A stretch of DNA of 64,000 bases. It comes from an uncultured candidate division Zixibacteria bacterium. Lineage in GTDB: Bacteria; Zixibacteria; MSB-5A5; RBG-16-43-9. The stretch spans positions 1,920,001 through 1,984,000 of the forward strand of contig OY970208.1 of assembly GCA_963713865.1 (NCBI GenBank), read 5' to 3'. Both the position numbers and the translations under genes were made by a program. A model generated the notes under the pieces. The model was given only the letters and a program-made list of their open reading frames with translations, was not told where the DNA came from and searched no databases. This document shows positions 20,995 to 30,421 of this stretch, in pieces. Within the stretch, counting starts at the first letter, position 1, and every line of letters starts with the position of its first letter.

Positions 20995-22839
20995 TTATTT
21001 ACTTTTAAATATTTTAATCCTGTCGCCAATCCGAATGTATGATGGATCAGGCAGGCTATTCCATTCTAAAAGTTTTTGTAAAGGTACTCTGAAATAATTA
21101 GCGATGCTCCACAAGGTATCTCCTCTTTTGACTTTATGAGTTACTATTTTTTGCGCTTTTTTATCATCATTTCCAGATGGTACCTTTAAATTGTCTCCGG
21201 TTTTTATCAAATCCTGATCATTAATGCTGTTTAATTGCTTAAGATCGGAGGTAGTAGTCTTATAGTTTTTTGCGATCTCTTCTAAGGTATCTCCGGGTTT
21301 AACCTTATAGGTCGAGTATCTAGATGCTGAAATTTTATCAGGATTATCATCCGCTTCAGGATAACCTTTATTAGCTGAAGTTTTCTGACTGAGATTAGAT
21401 TCTCCATATCCAGGGATCTTCAAGATTTGTCCGGGATAGATTCTATATCTTCTTGATAGAGAGTTTGCCTGAATAATATTAAAGGGTGAAACGCCATATC
21501 TTTTTGCAATCCCTGAAACGGTCTCACCTTTTCTCACTTTATGCATAGTATAAAGGGTTTTTGATGGAAGCTCTGAATATCTCTGGGTAAAGCTCTCTTT
21601 TGTGTTTGCAGGTATTCGCAAAGGATATGCACGGTATTGAGGAGGAGTAACATCCCTCAGCAGTTCAGGGTTCAGCTCTCTTATCTCCTCCACTGAAACA
21701 CCCAGAGCCTCAGCTATAGTTTTAAGGTCAATCGGCTTATCTACTATTACCGTGTCAAACTCAATCGGTTTATCATATTCCACATCAAACCCGTATTTTT
21801 CCGGATCTTTGGCAATAACAGTCGCCGCAATATATAGAGGTACATAATCATAAGTTTGCTTTCTTAAGTTGAGCTCCCAGAAATTGTTAGTCTTATATTT
21901 TTTAATAGCCCGGCTAAGACTTCCCTCGCCACAATTATAAGCTGCCAGGGCTAAATGCCACGACTCAAAATCCCTGTAAAGCTTAGACAGGTAATCACAG
22001 GCTGCATAAGTCGCTTTTACAAAATCCATTTTTTCATCATACCACCAGTTGCTTTTAAGACCATATAATCTTCCAGTAGAGGGGATAAACTGCCACATTC
22101 CAACTGCATTTGCCCAGGAACGCGCCCTGGAATTGAAACCGCTTTCGATCAGAGGCAGATAGGCCAGATCCAGGGGCATATTTTTCTCTTTTAAGATATC
22201 TTTGAGCAGGTTAATATATTTCCCTGACCGGTAAAGATAGGTGATAAAATGTTCCCGGCCTATGGTTTGCAGATATAGAATCGAATTCTCCACCCGTTCA
22301 TTCCATTCGATTGGCATATCATAGGTAGAACTATCCGGGACCTCCATCGTCACTTTAACCGAATCCTTAATTGAATCCTTAAGTTTTTGAAAGTCCTGGA
22401 TATTGTCGAACTTTTCCAAAAAAGCAGAGATGGAGCCTTCGCTGTCTAAAGTTCCCAGGGAAAGGAGAGTGATTTTATAATCTGCAGCAATCTCACGCAA
22501 CAGCCGGTTGTACTTATCGATGTTTTTAGAATGAGTCTCCTCTTCTAAGTCTAAGTTAGCCAATAAATCTAATGCATTCTCAAAATTAGTTTGAGCCTGT
22601 TCCCATTTACCCTCCAGATTTGCTTCCACTCCTGAGGCATAATATCCTTCAGCCTCTTTAAGTTCTTCTGAGATAAGCTTTTCATAAACAGCAGATGAAT
22701 CAGCCTGGGAAATGATCTGAGGTTCGGCTTGCAAAGGATAGCTCTCAGGGATCTGTGGCCTTATTACCTCTCTTGAACAACCCGCTGTAAGAACGATAAT
22801 GAGTATAACTAAAACTATCTTCTCTTTAATTTTCATCAT
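20995..22839 (-). CDS. MltD-like lytic transglycosylase lipoprotein with three LysM domains
   Basis: Lipobox LTAGC; IESGF, GMWQF, AAYNCG SLT motifs; three LysM repeats. Confidence 0.92.
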   Translation of the reverse strand: MMKIKEKIVLVILIIVLTAGCSREVIRPQIPESYPLQAEPQIISQADSSAVYEKLISEELKEAEGYYASGVEANLEGKWEQAQTNFENALDLLANLDLEEETHSKNIDKYNRLLREIAADYKITLLSLGTLDSEGSISAFLEKFDNIQDFQKLKDSIKDSVKVTMEVPDSSTYDMPIEWNERVENSILYLQTIGREHFITYLYRSGKYINLLKDILKEKNMPLDLAYLPLIESGFNSRARSWANAVGMWQFIPSTGRLYGLKSNWWYDEKMDFVKATYAACDYLSKLYRDFESWHLALAAYNCGEGSLSRAIKKYKTNNFWELNLRKQTYDYVPLYIAATVIAKDPEKYGFDVEYDKPIEFDTVIVDKPIDLKTIAEALGVSVEEIRELNPELLRDVTPPQYRAYPLRIPANTKESFTQRYSELPSKTLYTMHKVRKGETVSGIAKRYGVSPFNIIQANSLSRRYRIYPGQILKIPGYGESNLSQKTSANKGYPEADDNPDKISASRYSTYKVKPGDTLEEIAKNYKTTTSDLKQLNSINDQDLIKTGDNLKVPSGNDDKKAQKIVTHKVKRGDTLWSIANYFRVPLQKLLEWNSLPDPSYIRIGDRIKIFKSK

Positions 22840-22870
22840 CTTTCCGTCTCCCTTTTTTCTAACTCGTTGA

Positions 22871-22899
22871 TATATAAACTACTGCATAAATCTTGTCAA
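22871..22899 (-). promoter_or_regulatory. Sigma70-type promoter with adjacent IHF-like box (22860-22872)
   Basis: TTGACA-N17-TATATA; TATCAACGAGTTA matches WATCAR-N4-TTR. Confidence 0.6.
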
Positions 22900-23840
22900 G
22901 AATTATTTTTTAGGTTTTTAGATTTTGACCCGTTAAAGGCTTTTAAAATCTCCTCTTTAAGATTTGATTTCCCCCCGTCAATCCAGATAATCCCCTCCTC
23001 TTTCTTGAACCAGGTAAGCTGTCTTTTGGCATAGTGTCGGGTATTCAGTTTTATTTTCCCCTTTGCTTCATCCAGCCCCATTTCTCCCTCTAAATATTGA
23101 AAGATTTCTTTATATCCAAAAGTTCTCAATGGAGCCAATGAAAGATCATACCCTTTTTTCTTCAGACTTTCCACTTCATCTATTAAACCCTCTTTGATCA
23201 TCTCCTCCACTCTTTGTTCAATTCTCTGGTAGAGCTTTTCCCGGTTTAAGTTAAGCCCTATTTTAACGAAAGTATACTCCTCGGGCGGATATTCTCCCTC
23301 TTTTTGTAGGTCTGAAATCCTTTTACCCGTAAGTTCATATACTTCTAAAGCTCTGATTATCCGCACAAGATTATGAGGACCTATCTTTTGTGCTGCCTCA
23401 GGATCTTTCTTATTTAACTCCAGATAAAGAGATTCGACTCCGTAATCTTCAGCTCTCTCTTTTAGCTTCTGTCTTATTATTTCATCTCTGCCAGGGCCTT
23501 TGAAAATCCCTTTAAATAAAGCTTTCAGATAAAGTCCAGAACCTCCAACTATTAAGGGTTCTTTTCCCTTAGAGACCACCTCCTTAATAGCTCCTCTGGC
23601 TTTAATAGAGTAATCTGACACAGTAAAATATTGGTCTGGATCAATTATATCTATCAGATGATGAGGAACCTTTTTCCTTTGTTCCAGAGTCGGCTTAGCA
23701 GTCCCGATGTCCATAAACCTGTAAACCTGACGCGAATCTGCGGAAATTATCTCTATATCTAATATATCGGCAATTTCAAGGGAGACTTTGGTTTTGCCCG
23801 AAGCAGTCGGCCCTAAAATTACCAAGATTTTTTTAAGCAT
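22896..23840 (-). CDS. miaA: tRNA dimethylallyltransferase
   Basis: GPTASGKT, DSRQVY, GTAKP, YAKRQLTWF; start moved to ATG 23840 because the ORF-track extension reads through a REP. Confidence 0.96.
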   Translation of the reverse strand: MLKKILVILGPTASGKTKVSLEIADILDIEIISADSRQVYRFMDIGTAKPTLEQRKKVPHHLIDIIDPDQYFTVSDYSIKARGAIKEVVSKGKEPLIVGGSGLYLKALFKGIFKGPGRDEIIRQKLKERAEDYGVESLYLELNKKDPEAAQKIGPHNLVRIIRALEVYELTGKRISDLQKEGEYPPEEYTFVKIGLNLNREKLYQRIEQRVEEMIKEGLIDEVESLKKKGYDLSLAPLRTFGYKEIFQYLEGEMGLDEAKGKIKLNTRHYAKRQLTWFKKEEGIIWIDGGKSNLKEEILKAFNGSKSKNLKNNS

Positions 23841-23852
23841 ACTTAACAAAAA

Positions 23853-23937
23853 TGTAGGGGCAAACCTGTGTGTTTGCCCATTTGTTATAAGGGTTGACAC
23901 ATCCTAAACGGATCCGTATGATAGGTCAACCCCTATA
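23853..23937. repeat. REP-like element with nested GGATCC mini-insert
   Basis: TGTAGGGGCAAACC-TGTGT-GTTTGCCC and AGGGTTGAC...GTCAACCCCTATA arms. Confidence 0.7.
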
Positions 23938-24008
23938 ATATTCTATGTCACTTCTGGGGGAAAAGTCCAACTCATACTCCGGCTTTTGAGAGTCTATCAA
24001 ATTAATCT

Positions 24009-25856
24009 TCACCCTCTCTCAAACCTCTTATTAAACTCCTCAATTGGAATTCGGATTAAAGTAGGTCTGCCATGCGGGCAGGAATAAGGCTCTTTAGTAG
24101 CGAACAGCTGGTCGAACAGCGAATTCATCTCCTCTAAAGAAAGCTTATCACCTGCCTTAATTGCCCCCTTGCAGGCAAAGGACTGGGAGATAGACTTGAT
24201 CTTTTCACCTCCGGCTTTGAGTCTCTCCTCTAAATCTGACAGAATCTCCTTTAGAAAAACCTCTCCACTTTGAATCTTAGAGAGTGGCGGGACTCCGCTG
24301 ATCAAAATGCTTTTTCCTCCGAAAGGTTTAGCCTCAAACCCCAATTTTTTAATCAAATCAGAGTTCTCCTCAAAAGTCATAAATTCAGAAGGTGAAAGCT
24401 CGGTCACAACCGGAAAAAGTAGATGCTGGGAGGTAGCACTTTCAGAGGTTAGGTTTCTTAAAGCTCCTTCATAGAGAATCCTCTCATGAGCCGCATGCTG
24501 ATCCATAACTATCAAATCGCCTTTAACCTGGGTCAGGATATACATATTGTGAAGCTGCCATAGATTAGCAATGGTCGAAGCAGGTTCCTCTCGTTTTTCC
24601 CCTTTTTTAGAAGGAGAAACTTTCATTCCTTTATAAACTTCAGCTAAGAATTCCTGCTGAATAGATTTGATTTTCTCTTTTTCACCAGGATATTCAGGCG
24701 ATCTTTCCCTTAGCAGAGACGCATTGCTATGCGTCTCTATATCTGAGGTTACAATGTTTTCTTTTATATCAGAATAAACCGGCATCACTAAATTTGTATT
24801 CAGTGTTTTATAAACTGCAGTAAAGAGTAATTCGTAAATCTGCTTCTCATCTGAAAAACGGACCTCTTTTTTGGTCGGGTGAACGTTAATATCCACTAAA
24901 TCAGGAGGCAGGTTCAGACATACCACTCCCCAGGGATATTTCCCCTTGGGCAAAAGGTCTTTATATCCGGAAACTATGGCATGATAAAGCGATTTGGAGA
25001 AAATGTTTCTCTGGTTAACGAAAATATAAAGCTCAGCCCGGTTCGATCTTGCCAGTTCAGGTTTACCCAGAAACCCTTTGATCTGCAAAAAATCGTAATC
25101 TGTATTTAATTCCAGGATTTCATTATAGATTTGCGAGCCGAAAATATCCCCGATCCGGTCTTTAAGCTCATCTACCTTTTTGAGATTTATTATTTCCCGG
25201 TTATCGACTTTAAGCTTAAAGGAGATTTGCGGAAAAGCCAAGGCAAAAGTAGTTACCCGCTCGATTATCTGTTTGGTCTCAGCACTCTGGCTTTTGAGAA
25301 ATTTCCTGCGTACCGGGGTATTATAAAAAAGCTCCCTGACAGTTATAGAGGTTCCTTCCGGAGCACCCACTTCTTTTATACTTTTTATATTTCCACCTTC
25401 GATTTTTACCTGTATCCCATTTGTAGGGGCATATTGCGGAGCTTCCTCTCCCTTGTAGGGAGAGGAATGAGGAGAGGGTAAACTTGTAGGGGCGGAGTGT
25501 ACGCCCCTGCTCTTTGTAATAACCTCTATCTGTGACACCAGAGCTATCGAAGGCAGTGCTTCCCCCCTGAAACCTAAAGTTAAAATCCGGTTTAGCTCAT
25601 CAAATGAGGAAAGCTTACTGGTAGCATGATGGACAAAAGCTAACTCTACGTCTTCCCTCTCCATCCCGATGCCATTGTCAACCACTCTGATAAACTTAAT
25701 TCCCCCTCCCCTGATCTCGACAGATATGTCCGTTGCCTCGGCATCAATCGAATTTTCCACTAATTCCTTGATCACCGAAACCGGTCGCTCAATAACCTCA
25801 CCCGCAGCGATTTTATTGACTAATTCCTGAGGAAGGATTTTTATTTTTATGGACAT
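24009..25856 (-). CDS. mutL: DNA mismatch repair protein MutL (with in-frame repeat-derived insertion)
   Basis: IAAGEVIERP, GFRGEAL, DQHAAHERILYE, CPHGRP. Confidence 0.98.
   Translation of the reverse strand: MSIKIKILPQELVNKIAAGEVIERPVSVIKELVENSIDAEATDISVEIRGGGIKFIRVVDNGIGMEREDVELAFVHHATSKLSSFDELNRILTLGFRGEALPSIALVSQIEVITKSRGVHSAPTSLPSPHSSPYKGEEAPQYAPTNGIQVKIEGGNIKSIKEVGAPEGTSITVRELFYNTPVRRKFLKSQSAETKQIIERVTTFALAFPQISFKLKVDNREIINLKKVDELKDRIGDIFGSQIYNEILELNTDYDFLQIKGFLGKPELARSNRAELYIFVNQRNIFSKSLYHAIVSGYKDLLPKGKYPWGVVCLNLPPDLVDINVHPTKKEVRFSDEKQIYELLFTAVYKTLNTNLVMPVYSDIKENIVTSDIETHSNASLLRERSPEYPGEKEKIKSIQQEFLAEVYKGMKVSPSKKGEKREEPASTIANLWQLHNMYILTQVKGDLIVMDQHAAHERILYEGALRNLTSESATSQHLLFPVVTELSPSEFMTFEENSDLIKKLGFEAKPFGGKSILISGVPPLSKIQSGEVFLKEILSDLEERLKAGGEKIKSISQSFACKGAIKAGDKLSLEEMNSLFDQLFATKEPYSCPHGRPTLIRIPIEEFNKRFERG
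25422..25510. repeat. Composite REP-like repeat inside mutL coding sequence
   Basis: TGTAGGGGCATATTGC..., CTCTCCCTTGTAGGGAGAG, GTAGGGGCG...CGCCCCTGC; same families as 32548-32619. Confidence 0.8.
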
Positions 25857-25883
25857 AGGTATAATATTAGTAATATCTATTGT

Positions 25884-26471
25884 CTATTGTTTGTTACTGC
25901 GATACTCTTTTACTAATTTAACCATTATAACTGCGCTCTCACGCCCCCACTTGAATTTGCCGGCCGGGGTCATCAGTTTGGCAAGCTCTTCAGAGCGGTT
26001 CTGTTTAACCCAGGCTACAAAACCTTGCTCGAACTCTTTCCCGGCTCTTACCGATTCTGGTGACATTGTGGCACTGATTTTCTGAATCAATCCCTTCTTG
26101 AAGGTAAAGTCTCCAGATGTGTAGTTTATCTCATTGATACCAGCAGCTATCACATAGTCATTGCGCTCTGTAATCTTGCAGGTAACTGTATTACCCTTCT
26201 CTTTACACTCCGTTAATTCCAGCTCAGTATTAAACCCTGCATCGTTATCGTGTACGGTTCGAACCTGCTCTTTACCTACCGCAATATTCTTCCCGTTCAT
26301 CTCGAAGACAATGTCATCAGTTAACATAGCATCTATTGCCTCTAAGTCATGCCGGTTAGCCGCATCCACGTAAGTCTTGACTTTGTTTAAAAGATCATGC
26401 CGTTGGCATCCGACGAAAGTGGTAAGCAGGATTGCCATTATCATTCCGATTTTAAAAACTCTTTCCACCAT
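25884..26471 (-). CDS. SnoaL/NTF2-like lipoprotein
   Basis: Lipobox FVGC; YVDAANRHDLEAIDAMLTDDIVF...GKEQVR NTF2-like pattern. Confidence 0.75.
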   Translation of the reverse strand: MVERVFKIGMIMAILLTTFVGCQRHDLLNKVKTYVDAANRHDLEAIDAMLTDDIVFEMNGKNIAVGKEQVRTVHDNDAGFNTELELTECKEKGNTVTCKITERNDYVIAAGINEINYTSGDFTFKKGLIQKISATMSPESVRAGKEFEQGFVAWVKQNRSEELAKLMTPAGKFKWGRESAVIMVKLVKEYRSNKQ

Positions 26472-26567
26472 CTATACCTCCTATTTTAGTAAGAAGTTTG
26501 GAGTGCGAACCTTCAGGAACCCACGTTGAAGCAAACCATACGGGTAAGCTGTTGGGTTAACGTTTTA

Positions 26568-26730
26568 TGTAGCGGAAACCTTTAGGTTTCCAGTTGTTAA
26601 GTGGAAGGCTGAAGTCTCAAGACCTTGTCCGAATTTGGATCCATGGGAACGGCCTTCCGCTACGTTTAGTAACCCCGCCTTGCCCTCAAGGTGGGCACAA
26701 TGTAGAGACGCATGGCTATGCGTCTCTACA
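26568..26730. repeat. Cluster of REP-like palindromes
   Basis: GTAGCGGAAACC...CCTTCCGCTAC, CCCCGCCTT...AAGGTGGG, TGTAGAGACGCAT-GGCT-ATGCGTCTCTACA. Confidence 0.8.
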
Positions 26731-26836
26731 AATAATGATCACATTATTTTTCATATCCTAATCGCTAATTCCCTCTCGTTAGTGCGGGAATTGGATTCCC
26801 TGCATACTAAGACAAAAAATATTACCTTCTACTTCT

Positions 26837-27595
26837 TCATCTCGCTCCTTTATGGACCAGGATGAAATCTTTAGCTAACTTTCCAATCTCTTCTGCCAAG
26901 TCCTCAGAGAGATGAACTTTTTCAAGATATTCCTTGCCCATTCTGGTATTTTTCGGATAAGTTGCCTCTAAGATTGCAAAATCTGCACCTTTTACTAATT
27001 CTTTTAATGAGGAACACATTCCCGTGTCACCGCTTATGGCGAGGACTTCTCCATTGTACGAAATCCTGTATCCCACAGCCGGTATCGGGTCAAGTATTCC
27101 GGAACCGTTTATGCCACCGCAGTGTTTCATCGGATAAGCCTTAATGGACATTTCTCCAACTTGAAAAGCTTCATAAGACTTAACTCCCCTGCAGGACAGT
27201 TCAAAAGGAATAGTATCCTGGTAACACTTTTTGAAATTATCTACCATGGAAAATACTTCTATGCATCCCTCTGGAGCAAAAATCGGGAGTAATTTTTTTC
27301 TGCCTGTCATCCTCAAGTATCCAAGGAGTGAATGTAGTCCGCCCACGTGATCAAAATGCCCGTGAGTGTAAATGATTCCCTTAAGTTGTTTGAAATCAAG
27401 TTCATTCGATATAAAATCCCTGAGTAAGCCGTCGCCGGTATCAATAAGTATAGAGCCATGCTCATTGCTGACCAGGACGTGCTGGGCTATCCCCGCAACT
27501 GCGTAAAAAATATCAGCTTTGATACTTTTCCCTACCCAGGATTGAATATTTTTTTCTCTTTTCTTCACTATAAGTAAGGGTTTCGGTATTCCCAC
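26837..27595 (-). CDS. MBL-fold metallo-hydrolase (RNase Z-like)
   Basis: LIDTGDG, THGHFDHVGG, SGDTG, LEATY, HL..., LVH; likely GTG start at 27595 because the ORF-track N-terminus reads through repeats. Confidence 0.85.
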   Translation of the reverse strand: MGIPKPLLIVKKREKNIQSWVGKSIKADIFYAVAGIAQHVLVSNEHGSILIDTGDGLLRDFISNELDFKQLKGIIYTHGHFDHVGGLHSLLGYLRMTGRKKLLPIFAPEGCIEVFSMVDNFKKCYQDTIPFELSCRGVKSYEAFQVGEMSIKAYPMKHCGGINGSGILDPIPAVGYRISYNGEVLAISGDTGMCSSLKELVKGADFAILEATYPKNTRMGKEYLEKVHLSEDLAEEIGKLAKDFILVHKGAR

Positions 27596-27666
27596 CTTAC
27601 CTTCTCCGAATTTGGATCCGTAGGAAAGGCGGGAACATTGTAGAGACGCATAGCTATGCGTCTCTA
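27591..27666. repeat. REP cluster, direct-orientation relative of 26628-26730
   Basis: TCCGAATTTGGATCC and TGTAGAGACGCAT(A/G)GCTATGCGTCTCTA are shared with the other cluster. Confidence 0.8.
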
Positions 27667-27857
27667 AGAGCTTCTCTCCTTCTTTTGACCATGCTAAATA
27701 CATACTGAAACACAATACCAACCGCTGCCAACCCACCCAAAACCCAACCGACAGTGGAATTGAATTTAAACGGCCAGATAACGCACCCGGCGTACACTAA
27801 AGCACCTCAAAGCACTGCCGCTACTACTGATCCAAATGCTTTAAACAGTTCACGCAT
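27654..27857 (-). pseudogene. Small two-TM membrane protein with internal TGA
   Basis: MRELFKAFGSVVAAVL*GALVYAGCVIWPFKFNSTVGWVLGGLAAVGIVFQYVFSMVKRRREALRDA*; TGA at 27807-27809. Confidence 0.45.
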
Positions 27858-27875
27858 AAGCTCTTCAAATTCCTC

Positions 27876-27931
27876 AGTGCTGTCAGGAGCTACTTCACAA
27901 TAGGTGTTAGGAGGTAACACCTTACGTCACT
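27876..27931. repeat. 56-bp repeat, degenerate direct copy of 29772-29827
   Basis: Ungapped alignment with 43/56 identities (hand count). Confidence 0.8.
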
Positions 27932-27940
27932 GAATTTAAT

Positions 27941-28468
27941 TCATAATTTTAATTCAAGAATTTTCTTCCTTAGTGGTCGTTTGAATATGCCTAAGCATAG
28001 GGAATTCATAATCTCAATAGCTGCACTTAAACCTGCTCTAATTTTTTTCTCATACTCTTTAACATCTATCTCATCTTCATCTTGGCGAGGATGTGTAAGC
28101 TCGTCTCTAAACTTCTTGAGTTCAAGTAAACGACACCAGGAGGGTTCATGCTCAAAATCAAAACCGGGGACATACTTATAAATTAAAAATTTTAACTTGT
28201 CCTCAAATTTGTTGTAGGCTATTTGATCGATTATCTGAAAAGAGTTCCCAGAAAGGTCAAATTTTCTGTCAATCAAAAAAGCTATTTCATATGGTTGAAG
28301 GCCACTACCTTTGGTAAGAGTATCAGCTATATAGTTAATGAATGATTCAACGGCACTTATAACACAGAATACTGACACTCTATAGTATCTTTTGGCCTTA
28401 CCCCCATCTTTAATTGCTAATGCCTGTTCAAAAAACTTATTTGAATCTTCTAAATACTCTTTAAACAT
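27941..28468 (-). CDS. HEPN-like domain protein (putative RNase)
   Basis: All-helical; SAVESFIN N-terminal motif and RDELTH (Rx4H); likely ATG 28468, one base after the upstream stop. Confidence 0.65.
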   Translation of the reverse strand: MFKEYLEDSNKFFEQALAIKDGGKAKRYYRVSVFCVISAVESFINYIADTLTKGSGLQPYEIAFLIDRKFDLSGNSFQIIDQIAYNKFEDKLKFLIYKYVPGFDFEHEPSWCRLLELKKFRDELTHPRQDEDEIDVKEYEKKIRAGLSAAIEIMNSLCLGIFKRPLRKKILELKL

Positions 28469-28469
28469 A

Positions 28470-29732
28470 CTATATATCCTTTTTTGCCTTTTCAGCATCT
28501 CTTTTCATTCTTTTAGCCTCAAATGTTTTGATGGCTGCATTAGCCAATTTCGGAGTAATGCCACGTTTCTTAGCTTCTGTTGCTTGTAATATGAACACTT
28601 CTAGCATACGTCCAAGTTCAGTGTTATTAATTCGTGCAGCAAGCCCTCGATAAGTATCAGGATCTACACCTTTTAATCTTGCTGTTGATAAGGCTTTTGC
28701 GTTTAATGGATCATCAGGAGGAGATATTTCTACGAGAGAGTAATGATTTTTTAATGCTTCTAATTTTCGCTGAAGAAATCCAGCAACATATGCCCAACTG
28801 GCTGTTAAACAGGGATGTGTCGCTTTATTTGCAAACTCTAGGTAGTTGTCTGTATCACGTCCAAGGACTCGCTCTCGCTGTAACCAGTGAAGCTTTGAAA
28901 ATTGTTCGCCCATTGTTTTGAGATCCTTATCACTCCAGTTAATTTTGTCGCGTAAATTTTTATAATCTTCATCTGTGCCAGGCCCCGAAGAACAGACTTT
29001 AGGTAAATGAAATTCATTTGATTTAGCATTCTTGCCACTGTAAAAATTAACTAGTAAAGTTCTCGCTAATCGAACAGTAGGTACTCCTTCAGGACTTCTC
29101 CTATCTGCAAAATTTTGACCATCTTTTAGTAACCCTAAAGCTTGACACCAATCTCTTAATTGGGGTCCTAAAAGGTCTTCCTGCATTCTGTCTAATAAAT
29201 CATTTGATACTGCAATTGAGGTATTATTTGCCGTAGCAATATCGACTTTTTGTTCAAGAGATAAACCAAAATAGACTCTCACACCATGATACACTACGAC
29301 ATCTTTTTTATCAGCCTCCATTATAGCTTTAACACGATGTTGTCCTCCAAAAACCTTAAGGGGGTTTTCTGCTCTATAAGAAGTATCATATTCTACAACT
29401 AAATCCTCAAAACTTCTCCCTTTTAATGCGTCAGATTCCATTAATCGATATGCATAAGTATCTGTATAAATTTCGCGATTAAGTTTATAATCTTCGCTTT
29501 CTTCGGGATCTAATACTGCATCCAAATCAGTTTTGGAACTCAGTGCTTTTGAATCGAGATGGCAGTTTACGTAATAAGCTTTGCTTCTATTATCAAATAG
29601 CAGTAAAGGTTTGACACCGTTTATTTCTTCAAAAGTTTTAAAAACATAAAGAAATTCTTCCAGTTTTTCCTTCACTCCTGCATTTGGTTTAAATCCTGCT
29701 GGCGTAATAAACGCTGCTTTTATACTTTTCAT
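28470..29732 (-). CDS. DGQHR/DndB-like (ParB/Srx superfamily) domain protein
   Basis: LKVFGGQHRVKAI (GGQHR variant), downstream ATANNT equivalent to the family F..IN motif; GAGGT RBS. Confidence 0.6.
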   Translation of the reverse strand: MKSIKAAFITPAGFKPNAGVKEKLEEFLYVFKTFEEINGVKPLLLFDNRSKAYYVNCHLDSKALSSKTDLDAVLDPEESEDYKLNREIYTDTYAYRLMESDALKGRSFEDLVVEYDTSYRAENPLKVFGGQHRVKAIMEADKKDVVVYHGVRVYFGLSLEQKVDIATANNTSIAVSNDLLDRMQEDLLGPQLRDWCQALGLLKDGQNFADRRSPEGVPTVRLARTLLVNFYSGKNAKSNEFHLPKVCSSGPGTDEDYKNLRDKINWSDKDLKTMGEQFSKLHWLQRERVLGRDTDNYLEFANKATHPCLTASWAYVAGFLQRKLEALKNHYSLVEISPPDDPLNAKALSTARLKGVDPDTYRGLAARINNTELGRMLEVFILQATEAKKRGITPKLANAAIKTFEAKRMKRDAEKAKKDI

Positions 29733-29771
29733 TTCAATACCTCTTTAAAGTATTTTTCTAAATCTTTTCTA

Positions 29772-29827
29772 AGTGCTGTCGGAAGTTACATCCCGACAGG
29801 TGTCAGGTGGTACCACCTGACACCACT
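29772..29827. repeat. 56-bp double-hairpin repeat
   Basis: CTGTCGGA...CCCGACAG and GGTGTCAGGTGG-TA-CCACCTGACACC palindromes. Confidence 0.8.
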
Positions 29828-29909
29828 ACGAATTACATAAATAAATTTGCGCAACTATTTGGACTTCAAATATTTCTACCCTGTTAACTAAAATTATTCA
29901 CTTTAATCT

Positions 29910-30404
29910 TTATGTATGTCTTGAACCTTCGTCTTGTTTGTGTGTTATCGGCCATATCTTAGCTTTTGAGACCCGCAAAAGATCCTGAAGACCTATCTCA
30001 AGGCTTCGGTCATTTCTTCCAACCCCACAATAAACAACATCCATATTCAGTACATTTTCATCAAATATAGCTTTTATGCTATCTCTTGTTGGGATAGGGC
30101 AAATTCCTCCCATTTGGAAACCCAGTTCTGACTTCATCTCTTCTGTAGAAGGTTTTACTAAGTCATCACGATCAACACCAAAGGCTGTTGCCAATTTACG
30201 GTACTCAACTTTGTCTAGTCCTTTGATCACAGCCAGAATCCAGAATGAATTTCTAATTCTAAAGACGAGTGTTTTTAACAGTCTTTCTCTTGGAAAAGGC
30301 AATTTCTTCTCTACGTCCAGCATTGTTATAACAGGTTCATGTTCATGAATTCTGAATGTCGCGCCTTTTTCTCTAAGTATTCTTATGACTTCATCATACA
30401 CCAT
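29910..30404 (-). CDS. YbaK/ProX-family aminoacyl-tRNA deacylase-like protein
   Basis: LLKTLVF conserved Lys, GFQMGGICP, VYCGVG...SLEI. Confidence 0.88.
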   Translation of the reverse strand: MVYDEVIRILREKGATFRIHEHEPVITMLDVEKKLPFPRERLLKTLVFRIRNSFWILAVIKGLDKVEYRKLATAFGVDRDDLVKPSTEEMKSELGFQMGGICPIPTRDSIKAIFDENVLNMDVVYCGVGRNDRSLEIGLQDLLRVSKAKIWPITHKQDEGSRHT

Positions 30405-30421
30405 ATTATATTTTCTCCTTT

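Noticed and set aside
28838-29038. Nested minus-strand 66-aa ORF inside the DGQHR-like gene
   Set aside because: Alternative-frame ORF without RBS or motif.
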